NCBI RefSeq assembly: GCF_009914755.1
Contig: NC_060928.1
DNA from: the human T2T-CHM13v2.0 reference genome, Homo sapiens
Length of the DNA: 64,000 nt
Strand: one strand, 5' to 3'
Part shown: one piece after another, positions 42,611 through 55,612 of the stretch
Numbering within the stretch: the stretch's first letter is position 1
Layout of the letters: each line of letters starts with the position of its first letter
The notes under the pieces: generated by a model
Seen by the model: only the letters and a program-made list of their open reading frames with translations
Told to the model about the DNA's origin: nothing
Databases searched by the model: none
Program-made: the position numbers and the translations under genes

Positions 42611-43045
42611 TGTGCGTGGGAGTACAAGGGCTGCAATGCAAAAACAAACCCATTAAGACCCCACCTGGGTTTTCTCAGACCTTAAAGTCTGACCAAATAA
42701 TACAAGCTTTCTTAGACATGCACTTCGTACCAGGGCCCACTTAAAATTAAGAAACTTTCTAAGACTCTAGAGAAAGCTTTCCAGACCCCAGATCCCAGTT
42801 AAAGATTAGATATAGATTGAATGAAACACTCCTGCTTGTAGGTGCACTCCCACTTGTAGACTTCATGTCTAAAATGTATACAAGCACTAGAACAAAAACT
42901 TGTAAATTTTAATTGGTCTGATGAGTTACTCCAACCTTCTAGCTGTAATCAGTTGCTGAAATAAACTCCCTTCTTTTCCAGTCTATCTGAATCATGTTAT
43001 TGGACCATGAGAGCAAGCAGCTGGATCTCATTCTGTCCAGGTACA
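42611..43045 (+). mobile_element. ERVL-class LTR (LTR47-like)
   Basis: AATAAA at ~42960, 3' end gtccaggtaca, family motif ccagaccccagatcccagttaaagattagatatag; 5' edge uncertain. Confidence 0.65.
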
Positions 43046-45849
43046 AATATACTAAATTAACATAAGTAGCATATCATATGTGTCATATGTGTGCTGAATA
43101 TGTTATATTTAATAACTAAAAAACCTTAAAACCTTACTTTTTTGGTACTTTTAAATACCAAGAATTAATTAATTAATTAATTAATTTAGCTTGTGTCCAT
43201 TTCCTCTTACAAGTATATAGGAAACTTTACTCTCTGAATCTTTATAAAATTGCAAGTCTTGGTGAACAGTAATTGTCTTCTTGGATAATATTTATGCAAA
43301 GAGTGTTTGGAGACATCTATATTCTGGATAAAACTAATTATTTAATACAGTACTTTTTTTAAAGGACATGCTATTTTAACTTCACTTCAGCAAAGTTTAT
43401 CTGTAGGCACTTATATATGCACTTAAAACAAAATTTAAATAAATGAGCATGATTTTTTTCCTTACTTTAAGTGGACTGGCATCTTTCCCATATGTTTTGC
43501 ATGTAACAACATTCCCAAAAAGTTAAGTGCATCTAGGATACACCTTATTTAATAACCTTAGCACCAGCTGCTCATATTCACTGCCAGAAATCATGCTTTT
43601 TTGTACACAGCCTAAAGGCAAAAAAAAATAAAAAGTGATTTAGAAGCTGCTACTAGGCTGAAAGGTAAATCAGTGTTCCACATAATTCAAAACTTACTTT
43701 TTATAAAAAAGCAAATAAAAGCACAAAAGTAATTTTAGCTGAATATTTAAAAAGTAATTCTATATGGTATGACACTTACTACAACAGAAACGTTTGCTTA
43801 CTTTCATAGGACTCCTGGAAACAGCAGCTCTAACAAAATTGTCTTCAATAAATAAGTTTTTTTGCATCACATTTGTGTATGTCCTGAATGTTCTGAGCCC
43901 TTCAGATTTGACTCATATTCATGCTAAAAGAAAAAATGCAAATGAAAATTGTATAGCTAATTATGAGAAAAATAAAGCATCATAAGAAAACCAGTAAACT
44001 ATATTTTTAACAAACGAAAATGTAGAACATACTTACCTATACTTTTAGTTTAAGGGGAATATTCTTTCATTATATAGGTTTATGAAATACAATATTAAGA
44101 ATGGTAAAGATTATTATTTTACTGACTTTAACTACAAAAATGCCTTTGAGAAAATGTTTTCTTCCCTGGATCTTGACCTAATTGGATAATTTTATGTGAG
44201 CTAATATTTCCGGTCTGATAAGACTTTCAAGGGAGCCAATTATGTGCTTTTATCCCATCAATATTGCAGTATTACAGGTTTTTCTGTGGCCTTTTGTACC
44301 ATTTTTTTGTTGCTGTTGTAAATATTAAGTTTTGCTCTTTGGGAGAAAACATTTCTTCCTTGACTGTTATTGCTGCTGATAGCTAGAAAGGATTACCAGT
44401 AGAACCCCTGCTTTAAAGAAAAAGAAAAAGATTGGGCTATAAATGATTGTTTTTTATTTCAAAATCCATCAAACTGAGTTTAACTAACACTAGAGCATTG
44501 CAGATAGCTTACTACAGAAATAGTTTTTTTTAATTTCTTATCACAAATAAAAACGTCTTCAAATCATTACTATAAGTGTTAAATAGAGATGCTAGTTGAT
44601 AAGGAAACCACTACTAAGCTTGCTCTGGTTTGTATGGTAGTGTGTCTGATGAAAACAGAACAAATAACTATCTGAGAAAATTCTGTCTTCAGGATAATTC
44701 TCAGGTACCTTGAGAATACTCAAAGTACCAGCAAAATTGTAAGACTACTGTCCAAAATAAGGTTCAGAATGAGCTTTCTGTGCTCACATTTCATTCTCAA
44801 TGGGACCTGGCCTCCTGGGGTTGAAATGCAGATCTGGCTTCTATTAAGGATGAGATATGCAAAATCTTTGCATTCATTCAGATTTTTTGCAAATAAAATA
44901 ATTGGAATTTTGACTAGGCAAAAATAAGAAGTCTCCATGTTTAGGTTATTGGGCATTGTTTCAAAATCTTTAAAAAAAAAATTAAACTTTTTTTTCTCCC
45001 ATCAAAGGTTTTGGGTTGAGACTTTCATATGCACTTTAAAAATGTTATTTAATAGAGTTGATTTTTTAAAGATGTAAAAAGAAACAATTTTAAGACAAAA
45101 AGTGTTTTTTTAATATAAGATTGTAACTACTAGTTTTTGAAGAAAAAAATTATAGCAACAGTTGCAAATTAATTTTTTTATGTAGGAACTTGAACAATGT
45201 TTAGAGAAATACAGCAACAAATCTCACATAATTGTTAAGCGTTTCATGAAAGAATCTTGGCCTGACAAATAAATGCATAAAAAGTGATCTTACACTGCAA
45301 CTGTTTGAATTGTTTTGAAATTGTCACTATATTAGATTTACCGTCTATCATGACTTATGGTGCCTTTCAAAAGAAACCAAAGGATATAATATTGACTAAC
45401 ATAAATCCAAAGTGGAGGTTGTTTTTATACTGTTAAATACAAGGGTTAAAGTGTCCTGGAGACTTTTAAGTACCTAGATTTAACATTTTCATATTCTTGG
45501 TAATTATCTAGTAAGATTATAGTTGAGTTTTTAATATTCTTCAAAATATTCATGTACTTTTTTGTTAAATAAATTTGACTTCTTTCTCTATGAATCTCCT
45601 TCTTTGGAATATGCACTGCCCAATCCCTGAGGGGAGAGTGACTTCATTCATTTACCAAATCCCTCTGAATTCAGCTTTTGCTCAAGAGCACACAAATGGA
45701 GCAATCCATATGCTTTGGGTTGAAATAAAACTGCTAACCTGGAGCATCTTATTAAAGGCTTCTAGGAATATAGAAAATGTATAACATAAAACAATGTTTA
45801 TTTCCTTGGTTAGAGACTAATCTTGTTTTTTATTTATTTATTTTTTGTA

Positions 45850-46100
45850 CAGCCTAATGTTAAAAGAGTATGGAATTAGGCTGTCTGGGTACTATCTAAA
45901 AGAGACTAATGATTCTATAGTTATGAGAAGTAAATTAACTGTCCTCAATCTCAGTTTCAGTACTTGAAAATGTAAACACTAATCATATATATCTTAAAAG
46001 TTTCTATGAAAAATAAGTAAAATATTCAAAACATAGGAATATACACAATGCCTGGAACATTTTATCATTAATGTCATTATCACCACTCTCCTTACTATTA
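45850..46100 (+). mobile_element. MIR
   Basis: ctcaatctcagtttcagtacttgaaaatg..; cacaatgcctggaaca. Confidence 0.65.
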
Positions 46101-46970
46101 TTACATTTTCTTCATACCAGTCATAACTTAAGAGTTTATAATATAGAATTGCCTTTATTAGAATGACTTCATTCAAAATTATATTATTTATATTTCAGTA
46201 AAAAATAACTCCATGATAGTGTTTGAAAACATACTCCTGTGTCTGAGATAATTAGGGCCAATAAATACTGGATTACACTAGTCTGATCTCTTGCCTTCAA
46301 TCAAAAAACATAGGATGGCAGTGAAAATCCCTGAAATTGGTTAAAAATTGGCATGTCAACTACCTAACACTGATGGAAGTTTGTCAAATAGTTTGTATTT
46401 TAAAGGAATACATTTTTATATGTTATTTCTGGGTTGTTTGGAATATCTGGTAATAGATAAAGGCTCCCACCTTGAAAAACTAAAAATGCCAGATGGCATT
46501 TAGAAATCACCTGTCCGAAAGCAGCAAAGAGTTTCTTAACAAGATCTAGAGGAGGAACATTATGGAGAAGGAAGAAACTCTCAGAAGGAAGATTGCCTTT
46601 TGAAGTGACTTTTAATCCCAGGCATTTTTGCCAATTCTGAGCATGGGCAAGTAACAGATTCCTCTGCAGAGCCCAGAACATGGAAGAGGGCTGCTGTGGA
46701 GGGAGAAGGACATGTATAGAGCTTTCATGGAGATTTGAATAGCTCAAGTTCATGATTAATTTCCCCTCCAAATGTTCGACATATACTGGAGCTACTTGGG
46801 TAGCAGAAAAAAACTGTAGAGAAAGCTTCTGAAAAACAGAACAAAGATTCTGTGGAATAAAATGAAATAACAATGAAAAGTGGAGACTCACCAGATGAAA
46901 GGGCCCTTACCGAATACACAAGAATGTCTGTGAAAAACTCGAGAGATCCAGGGAGAACTGGAAGTAGAAT

Positions 46971-47363
46971 TGTTATAGAAAAAAAACCAGGTCATGTCAC
47001 GTGACCAGGAAAGATAAAGCTCACAGACACACAGAAGGGTGAGGAGTGGAAATTGACAACTCAGCAAAATGAGATGAAGTCCTGCTAACAAGCTCTCTGC
47101 CTCACCGATTGAACCTCAGGTTACCACACTGGAACGGGAGAGGCCAGGCTCCTCCCCACTGCAAATGACAGGAACTTCCCCAGTGAACTTCCCCAGGCCC
47201 CATCCCATCCTCCCAGTGCATAGGTCGACATTATTCAGAAACAATCAATTGGGAAAGGGTGAGTTTCATATGGGAAGCCAGTTCGGTTTTTCAGCCTTCA
47301 GGCTGTTTAGGCTTGAAGGCAGGGTTTTGCCAGGGGACGGTTGGCTGCCTCCCGTCTCTATCA
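46971..47363 (-). mobile_element. MER61-like ERV1 LTR
   Basis: Minus strand tgatagagacgggaggcagccaaccg..ccttcaagcctaaacagcctgaaggctgaaaaaccg ... ctataaca; no TSD. Confidence 0.85.
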
Positions 47364-47379
47364 TGGTGTGCCTTAACAT

Positions 47380-48109
47380 TGAAACCGCCACTGCAAAAGT
47401 ATAACTGAAATGATTACTACAGTGAAAGAGATCTGACCTAACTGACTCCATCTTTCTTCTAACCTCCAAGCTGTCTAGTTCATTCCTGGGCATAGGCCAA
47501 ACTAACTTTGGGAGGAACTTAGTTTATAGTCTACTGTTTGAAACAAAGACAATAACAGCCCTTTCCCAAAACAAACCCCCTTCTTTCCTGGGGACTAGGC
47601 TGCCTTTGTAGGACTAACAAATTAGCTACAAGATTAGAAATTATGGTTTAGGGGCCATGCAGCTTCCGAATGCAAGAGTCTGAGCCTCCCCAAATTGCTG
47701 TTGGGAATAACATCACTGTTGTAAAGCCTAAGATTAGTGCTTTAGACATTTTGCAAACCATGCATTCTGATGCACCAGCGGACACCACCCAGATTGGAAA
47801 TCTGGCTCGATCGGTTCTGTGATCTCACTCCCAAACAGAAGTCAGCAAGAAAAACCTCACTTCAACTCCACTATGATTATATCTCCACTCGACCAATCAG
47901 CACTCTCCACTTCCCCAGCCCCTCCCTGCCAAATTATCCTTAAAAACTCTGATCAACAAATGCTCAGGGAGACTGATTTGAGTAATAACAAAACTCTGAT
48001 CTCCCACACAGCCCCACTCCGGGTGAATTACACTTTATTGCAATCCCCCTGTCCTGATAAATCAGCTCTGTCTAGGCAGAGGGCAAAGTGAAACCATTGG
48101 GCAGTTACA
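47380..48109 (+). mobile_element. LTR8/LTR8A (ERV1) LTR
   Basis: tgaaaccgccactgcaaaagtataactg ... gggcagttaca; no TSD. Confidence 0.9.
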
Positions 48110-48228
48110 ATGGGGGCAATTATCTAGCTTGTTCTTCCAGCTGAGCTTGCCTGATAGGATGACCGTGATCAGCTATTACTGCGTCAGGTATAAAGCAGGA
48201 TGAGTTCAGTGGAGCACTACATTTTTTA

Positions 48229-48558
<330 letters not shown>

Positions 48559-48820
48559 TATCTGATGGTTGGCAGAAGATAGCAAATTTATATAGATCAT
48601 ATCTCTAATAATTAAGAAAAAAGTAGACCCACAGGTGATCCAAATATTGGAGTTATCTGAAAAAAAATAAATCTCTTAATATTAAGTTTAAGGAAATGGA
48701 AACAAAAATAGGAAACTAGAGTAAAAAAGGAAGAATTTTAATGGAAGATTGGAACTTTAAAAAACCATTCAAATAGCATTACTGAGACTAAATGATTGTA
48801 TAAAAATATAGTATATAAAC

Positions 48821-51388
48821 TGTGGGGGCCATTGACTCTTGGCCCCCTAAAGGTTCACTGAAAATTACTGATGCAAAGCAGATTGACTAATAGGAGGAAG
48901 GGCATACCAATTTATTTATTGTGTATATATGGGAGCCTTCAGAGTGAAGACTCCAACCTCCCAACAAAATACAGAACTTATGTAACATCATGAGGTTATA
49001 GAAAGAATGTGGGCTCAGAGGATGGCCAAAAACAACTTTTAGTTTCAGGACAGGTTATTGGGAGGGAGAAAGGAAGAGGCCTGACTAGTAAAGTGTCCTT
49101 GTTTTGTAGATGAAGCTGCACAGGTACCAGTTTTCAGAGATAATGGAGGGTTCTTTTTTTTTTTCTTTTCAGACTTTTAAAGGTGTCAGATGCTCAGTCT
49201 CTCCTAAATCCTGGAAAGGTGCTGATAAGGCAGCACTGATGTCCATGCTTTTATTTTGACCCATATTGCCAGGGTGTTGTGGCTGCCTGCTCCAGGTCTA
49301 TCTTGTCCCTAGGTAGGGCCCCTCTGGCTAAGGGAAATAGAGCAAAAAGACTTATAGCCAATTAAACATTTTAGGTCAGGCAGAAATGGAAGTGGGCAGG
49401 CATTCATAAATCCCTTAAACCTTTTAGACAACATGAGAGTCAAAAAGCAAGTTTACAAAATTGATATCCATAAGCACTACCTGTTGAGCCATCTGCTGTT
49501 TAAGTGTCTGTTGACCATCTTTGATATGGAGGGTCTGAACTAATTATACGGTTATGAGTATAGCAGAATACATGACTCTTAGTAGCTACATAAGAAGTTT
49601 TCTGATTACATTGAAAAATGTAGATAAAGCCAAGAGTACAGAATCAATTTATACTAAGGAAAATATTGCTTTTTCCATTTTTTTAGACCTTTAATATAAA
49701 ATATTTCAGCATCAGGCCATAACAGTAGTTAGAATCAGAGGGAAAAAAATTACAGAAGCTGACTGATAAAAAAATTGAAGGACAAAGTTATTATCTTAGG
49801 CCTTCTCAAAGACAGAAAAAGCTGAAAGCAGCAAAATTTGAACGTCTGAGATATGAATCTGAGAAGTTGTCAAATAAATAAAACAGTTTATAGAATTAAA
49901 CATAAAAACATCTTATAATTTTATTAGGAGAAACTCAATACCTTAAGAAAATCTTGTTTTAACATAGGGGAACTATCATTAAAAAGTTATATAAATATAT
50001 GTGTTTAAAAATTATAGCCAACCTAATTATATACACAAATGTTTACCTTTCTTTCTTTTTTATAACTTTTAAAGTCCACAATTTGAATTAACCTTTAAAT
50101 AATTTTTAGGCAATTTTTCAATAAAAACATAATTTTATGTCTTTTTATAATTAATTTTATATTAAAAATAATTTTTAACCACTTTTAATGCCTATGAACA
50201 TAAGATATTCACCTAAGTAAGAACCTTAACATTAAGCAGATGGGCTTTTGCCGATAACTCAGAGGATTTAGCTGTTTTCATTAAACCAATGATCTTAAAT
50301 TAGTTTTAGTCTTATTTTTGTCATGGGTTTGTAGCTATAATCTTCTTAATCAGCCAGGGTATGGCCCAATGGGCTCTTAGGTAGAATAAAAATTGAGCTG
50401 CACATTTTGAAGTTAGGGAACAAAGGAGCACAAATACACAGATCAAAGAAAACAGAGTACTCCCAAACAAATTCCCATAGAGGGAGACTGGAAAGTTAAT
50501 AAATCTTATCTCAAACCAGTTGGTACTGCAAACAACATATGTTAGGTCCAAATGCCACAAAACCAAAATGCCAGAGACAGAGGATGTTCGGTGTACATAC
50601 CAGTTTAGCTTAAGCAGTCCTGAAGCCCTTCAGCTTCCCAATCATAGTATTCCTTGCACCAGTGAAGTGTTGCAGGCACCTGATGCCACAATGGAGAAAG
50701 AAGGGAGGATACCTGAGATAAAGAATTCTTAGCAGCTCCTGGATGTCTTTAGAATCCCAGCTGTGAGGTCAGCTATCCATGAGCAGCTGGCACTCGTGAG
50801 CAGTTGTCACTCTGCCCATAGTGCGTACAGGTAAGTCCTGACGCTGCCTTGGCCAATTACTCCATCTGTTTGAAACCAGAGAGGCTGGATGCCTGAGGCC
50901 TATCACCCTGTGCTGAATGCCAGGTAATTGTAGCCAAACTCAGGTTCAACTGCTCACTACTTGATGGAAAGAAAGCAGGTTTATTTATGTGCTAGCAACT
51001 TTGGAGATGGCCAGACTGAAATCTCAAAAAGCCATCTCAGAGTCTCAGGCTGGCTAAAGGGATTTTAAGGGGAAATGTGGCATGGAAACTATGTGCAGAA
51101 GTGGTGTGGATTGCAGGTCGGCTTGTTGTTTTCCGTTGACTACCCTGAGTAATGGACCATTTGCTGACCTAGTTGGCAGCATCTCAGTGGGGGTCTGGTT
51201 ATGAATTAACTGTTCACCAGTTTCTTCTCAGAAGGGAGAAAATTGCAACTGTGATCTTCACTTAATGCTTGGACTGTTTCGAGATCAGTCTTTGGAACTC
51301 TCAAGCAAACAGGTAGTAAATACACATTGTAGCAAGAAACAAAGTGAGGGAGGGGTTACTTTTAGACTAAGCAAGCAAATTGGCTATA
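48821..51388 (-). mobile_element. ERV1 (MER4-group) relic: MER67-like LTR 50929-51388, internal ~49220-50928, partial LTR48/49-like LTR 48821-49220
   Basis: Right LTR has inverted termini tgtagccaa/ttggctata; PBS-like tggcattcagcacaggg on minus strand at 50906-50922; internal A/T-rich MER4-group-like sequence; left LTR ggccccctaaaggttcactgaaaa. Confidence 0.7.
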
Positions 51389-51625
51389 CCCTTTATAACT
51401 TAATCTAGAAAAACAAAAGAAAAAACAAAATTTTTTATGAAAATAGACACAATGACAGACCACACTAATATTAAACAGAAAGCAAATATTATAAAAAATG
51501 TTATACCAATAATTTGACATATTGCCAATATTGTCATACATAAAAACTGGATAAATTTGTGAGGAAAAATTACTAAAACAAACAAACCAAAAAACAGTTA
51601 AAAATATTACAGAAAACAAAAATCA

Positions 51626-52023
<398 letters not shown>

Positions 52024-52319
52024 TTAAAATATATATAATTAAGTATAAACTTATATAAACTGTTTAATAGAATAGAAAATAGAGAATGGTTTGCAACTTA
52101 CTTTCGGAAGCCAGGATAACATTTCTATAAACAATAGACAGGGATATTATGAGAAAATCAATTATCACCCAACTCTTTGATAAACATAAATGACAATTTA
52201 AAAAACAGTGAATCAAATGCACTGATGTATAAAAAAGAATAATGCATTATGAACAAATAGAATATATTCCAGGAATGCTTATATAATTTATCACTATAAA
52301 AAAAAAAGAGAAAAAAGTA

Positions 52320-52640
52320 GCTCCTGGCAGAAACTATTCTGGCTTGGTCTATCAATGAGGCCTTGCTTGGTGTTGTTAGAAGCTGGCCTGGTAGACACAG
52401 TTACGCTTTTGTGATCTCTTCTTTAACATAAAAATTTCACAGAATACTAACATCAGACGAGACAACTCTGTGACCATGAAGGACCAAGAAAAATAAGACC
52501 GTTTACAATCACTTATGAATACAGACAAAATCATGAACATTTGCCCAAATCCCAAAAATGACCCCCCATTTCTGTATGTTGGTTAATATGAATGACAGCT
52601 GCCACTTTCTCAATCACAACTTTACCCTTAGTTCATTTTC
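52320..52640 (+). mobile_element. ERV1 LTR fragment (MER89/MER90-like)
   Basis: aacatcagacgagacaactctgtgaccatgaaggaccaag...aatatgaatgacagctgc. Confidence 0.55.
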
Positions 52641-54297
52641 TTAGATGTTCTGTTATCACAATTCTCAGGTTACTAAAAACCCTAAGTAAGTCATTGTCAT
52701 ATAAAGGTCGTTGTTATGTTTATCACAATCTACGATTATCTGTTATACAGGGGTAATGTGTCATGAAAACTATATTGTAGTATCTCATTATTAAAAAGTA
52801 CATCTGCTCCTCCAAGGACACTTTACAGTGCATTTTAATATCTGTAAATAACCATTTTTTTCTTTATAAGGCAGAATAATTTAGTTCATCAAGCTAGTTG
52901 GTCTTTAAGATGTTTAACATACTGTCTGGTGTTTTATTTGTTCCTGTTAAAGATGTTGATAAACTTAATCGTTTTGGTGTGGATTCTCCAGCTTTAAGAT
53001 AGCTGTATTAATACTTGTTATCTACCAAGTTACCAGGGATAATGTGAAGAATAATTAAATTAAAAATGTGGTGTTTCTTGCATAAAAATCACTAAATAGT
53101 GTAATATTTGGCATCATCGGTATGTTAATGCTAGGAAAAAGCATTCCTTGAAATATTGCTTTAAATGCTTTATCTCAATGTGCCCATTTGTGATTCTGAT
53201 ATGACTTGGACAGCAGGACAGGTAATATAACACACTAAAGTATCTGGAAGTAGACCAAACTGTAAGTGAAGGAAATTGTCTATTCTTATGGTTGAGATTT
53301 TATGTTTTTTATATATATACATAAGTGAAGCACTCAAGAGACATTGACACAGTCCTAGGATATTTTAAAAGTATAGATTAATCTATAAAATACCACTTCT
53401 GGATTAAAAATTCCAAGCCAAACAAAACTGCACTTTAGATTTCCATTTTAAACCTGCAATAGAAAAGAAGATAGACTTTTAAAATAATGGACACAAATAA
53501 AACTGCACTTTTAAGTACCTATCCTCTTAAGCTTACAACACATATCATCATTCACAGGAAGAGAAAAAAGCCATTTTTAACCAACGGTGAGTCACTTACT
53601 CAACACTCCCTTTGCTTATAAAAGCCTGTAGATTTAAAACAATAACCATTTTCTCGAAGATTTTGTGTTAACCACAGGATATTATACATCTTTTTTACAA
53701 AAAAAGAAGAAAAACAGATAAGATTATAAAAGACTAGATCAAAGAATGTTGAAATTCTAATTATTTTTAATGTAATATTTTTCTTATGTTACACAGATGA
53801 GTAAGTGTGAATATATATTTTTAAGCACTACATGCAGAAGAAAATAAAGCACTAAGAGTTTCATATTTTTGCTTTTTCCTCTAAGTTTAAAATGTTTGAG
53901 AATAGTCATCAAGACTGCAGGTTGTGTGCCTACGTGTGCATGCACGTGCAATGGTCCCATACACACAAATCTGAATGCATAACCAGAAGTTTAACATCTT
54001 GATTAAAGAAATCATTTTAAAATGCTGTAGCAAGATTTACTTGCTTCAGTTTTGCTATTATTTTTCTTTTTTCTTGACAGTTTCTCTCTCACATTTTTTG
54101 TTAGTTTTAATAAAGTGTTCTCCTTAGACCTGAAATAAAACAAAAAATTGCAGGCTCAGTAAATGGTCTCAGAGCACACAAAATTTGATCAGTTACTACC
54201 TAGTGTCTGTGCTAATAATAAATGCTTCAATGACACTGAAGCTATTCTGCCTGGTTAGTAATTAGTAGGCCCAAAATATGGATTAATTACTTGAATG

Positions 54298-54525
54298 CAA
54301 TGATTCTCAAACTTCTTGTGATTATAAGAATTTTTTGAAACACTTTCCAAAATTGCAGGCTCAGTGCTCTCACAATAGACAATAAAATAGACATTGAGGA
54401 GCCAAAGTCTGGGAATGACCTAGGAGTGTGATAAAAATGTGACAATCCAGACCTACTAACTGAGATCCTGTGTGTTAATAAGATATCCAAGTAAACCATA
54501 CACATATTAAAGTTTGAGAAACATT
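54298..54525. mobile_element. MER5-type hAT MITE
   Basis: Inverted termini caatgattctcaaactt ... aagtttgagaaacatt; internal ccagacctactaactgagatc. Confidence 0.7.
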
Positions 54526-55176
54526 TATCGATCATACTCTTTCACTAATTTTAGATGAATGAAACTTTTTTGATTATTTTATGCCTAAAGTACCTTCATT
54601 ACCTGTATACTTTATATGAAATAACATAATATAGAATATCTAGTTCGAACTCCTCATCAGGAGACTAAGACCCAGACATGGATTTTGATAAATGGGTCTT
54701 GATTTCATCTCCTCCTCTTATTATCTTCAAAGTTGTTTGTCCTTTAAAAAACTCTCTTTCCTAGTATAAATATTCAAGGAAATCCACAATTTTGTATCCA
54801 TTGCTATTTTCAGCAAACTTCTACTATTTCCTCTATACTCATTCCTTCTGCTATATTTCCTATATAGTTGTTCCTATGATTCCTATTTTTTTCACTCATT
54901 GAGACACTGATATTCACTCTGGTAACATATTGAACTCTCTCATTGTTAGCCAATTTAGACCACTCACCATTTAAAATCAGTATCACACATATCAGTCTTT
55001 GATTACTAAGGTTATATCATAAGGACAGAAGAACATAATCCTATCAATAGTCATCAAATTAAATCCTGCAAACCTTTCAAAATTATTCAGTTATTATTTT
55101 CTCCCTAGTGCATTCTCTAATTATTCAGCCATGAAGGGACTCCTGTCTCCTTCCCAGAATCACCTTTGGCAACACT

Positions 55177-55612
55177 TGTAGTAGTTGTCTGTTGCTGCTG
55201 TAACAAATCAGCTCTACCTCTGCCACTTAAAACAACACAATATTTTTTTTCTCGAAGTACAAGAAGTCAAAAGCCTAAAATCAATGTGCCAGCAGAGCTG
55301 CATTTCTTCAAAAGGCTTTATTGGAGAATGTTTCCTTGCCTTCTCCAGCTTCTAGAGGCTGAGATCCCTTTCTCAAATCACTCTAACTTCTTTCTTTTAT
55401 TGTCACACTGACTGATCTTTCTGTCTTCTCTGTTATAGACCCTTGGGATTATGTTGGCTTTCTCTGGATAATCCAGTATAAACTTCCCAACTCAAAATCC
55501 TGAATTTAATCACATTTGCAAAGGTCCTTTTGCCATATATGATAATATGTTTACAGGTCCTGGTGATGAGGATGGGACATCTTTGGGGGGGGCCATTATT
55601 CAGTCTACCACA
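55177..55612 (-). mobile_element. MLT1 (C/D-like) MaLR LTR
   Basis: tgtagtagttgtctgttgctgctgtaacaaat ... gggccattattcagtctaccaca. Confidence 0.9.

Noticed and set aside
46400-46891. Longest ORF (163 aa, minus)
   Set aside because: Antisense to a purine-rich old LINE piece; no recognisable domain; non-ATG start.
53930-53952. Alternating purine-pyrimidine tract with CACGTG
   Set aside because: Decayed (TG/CA) microsatellite; too short to claim Z-DNA or an E-box function.
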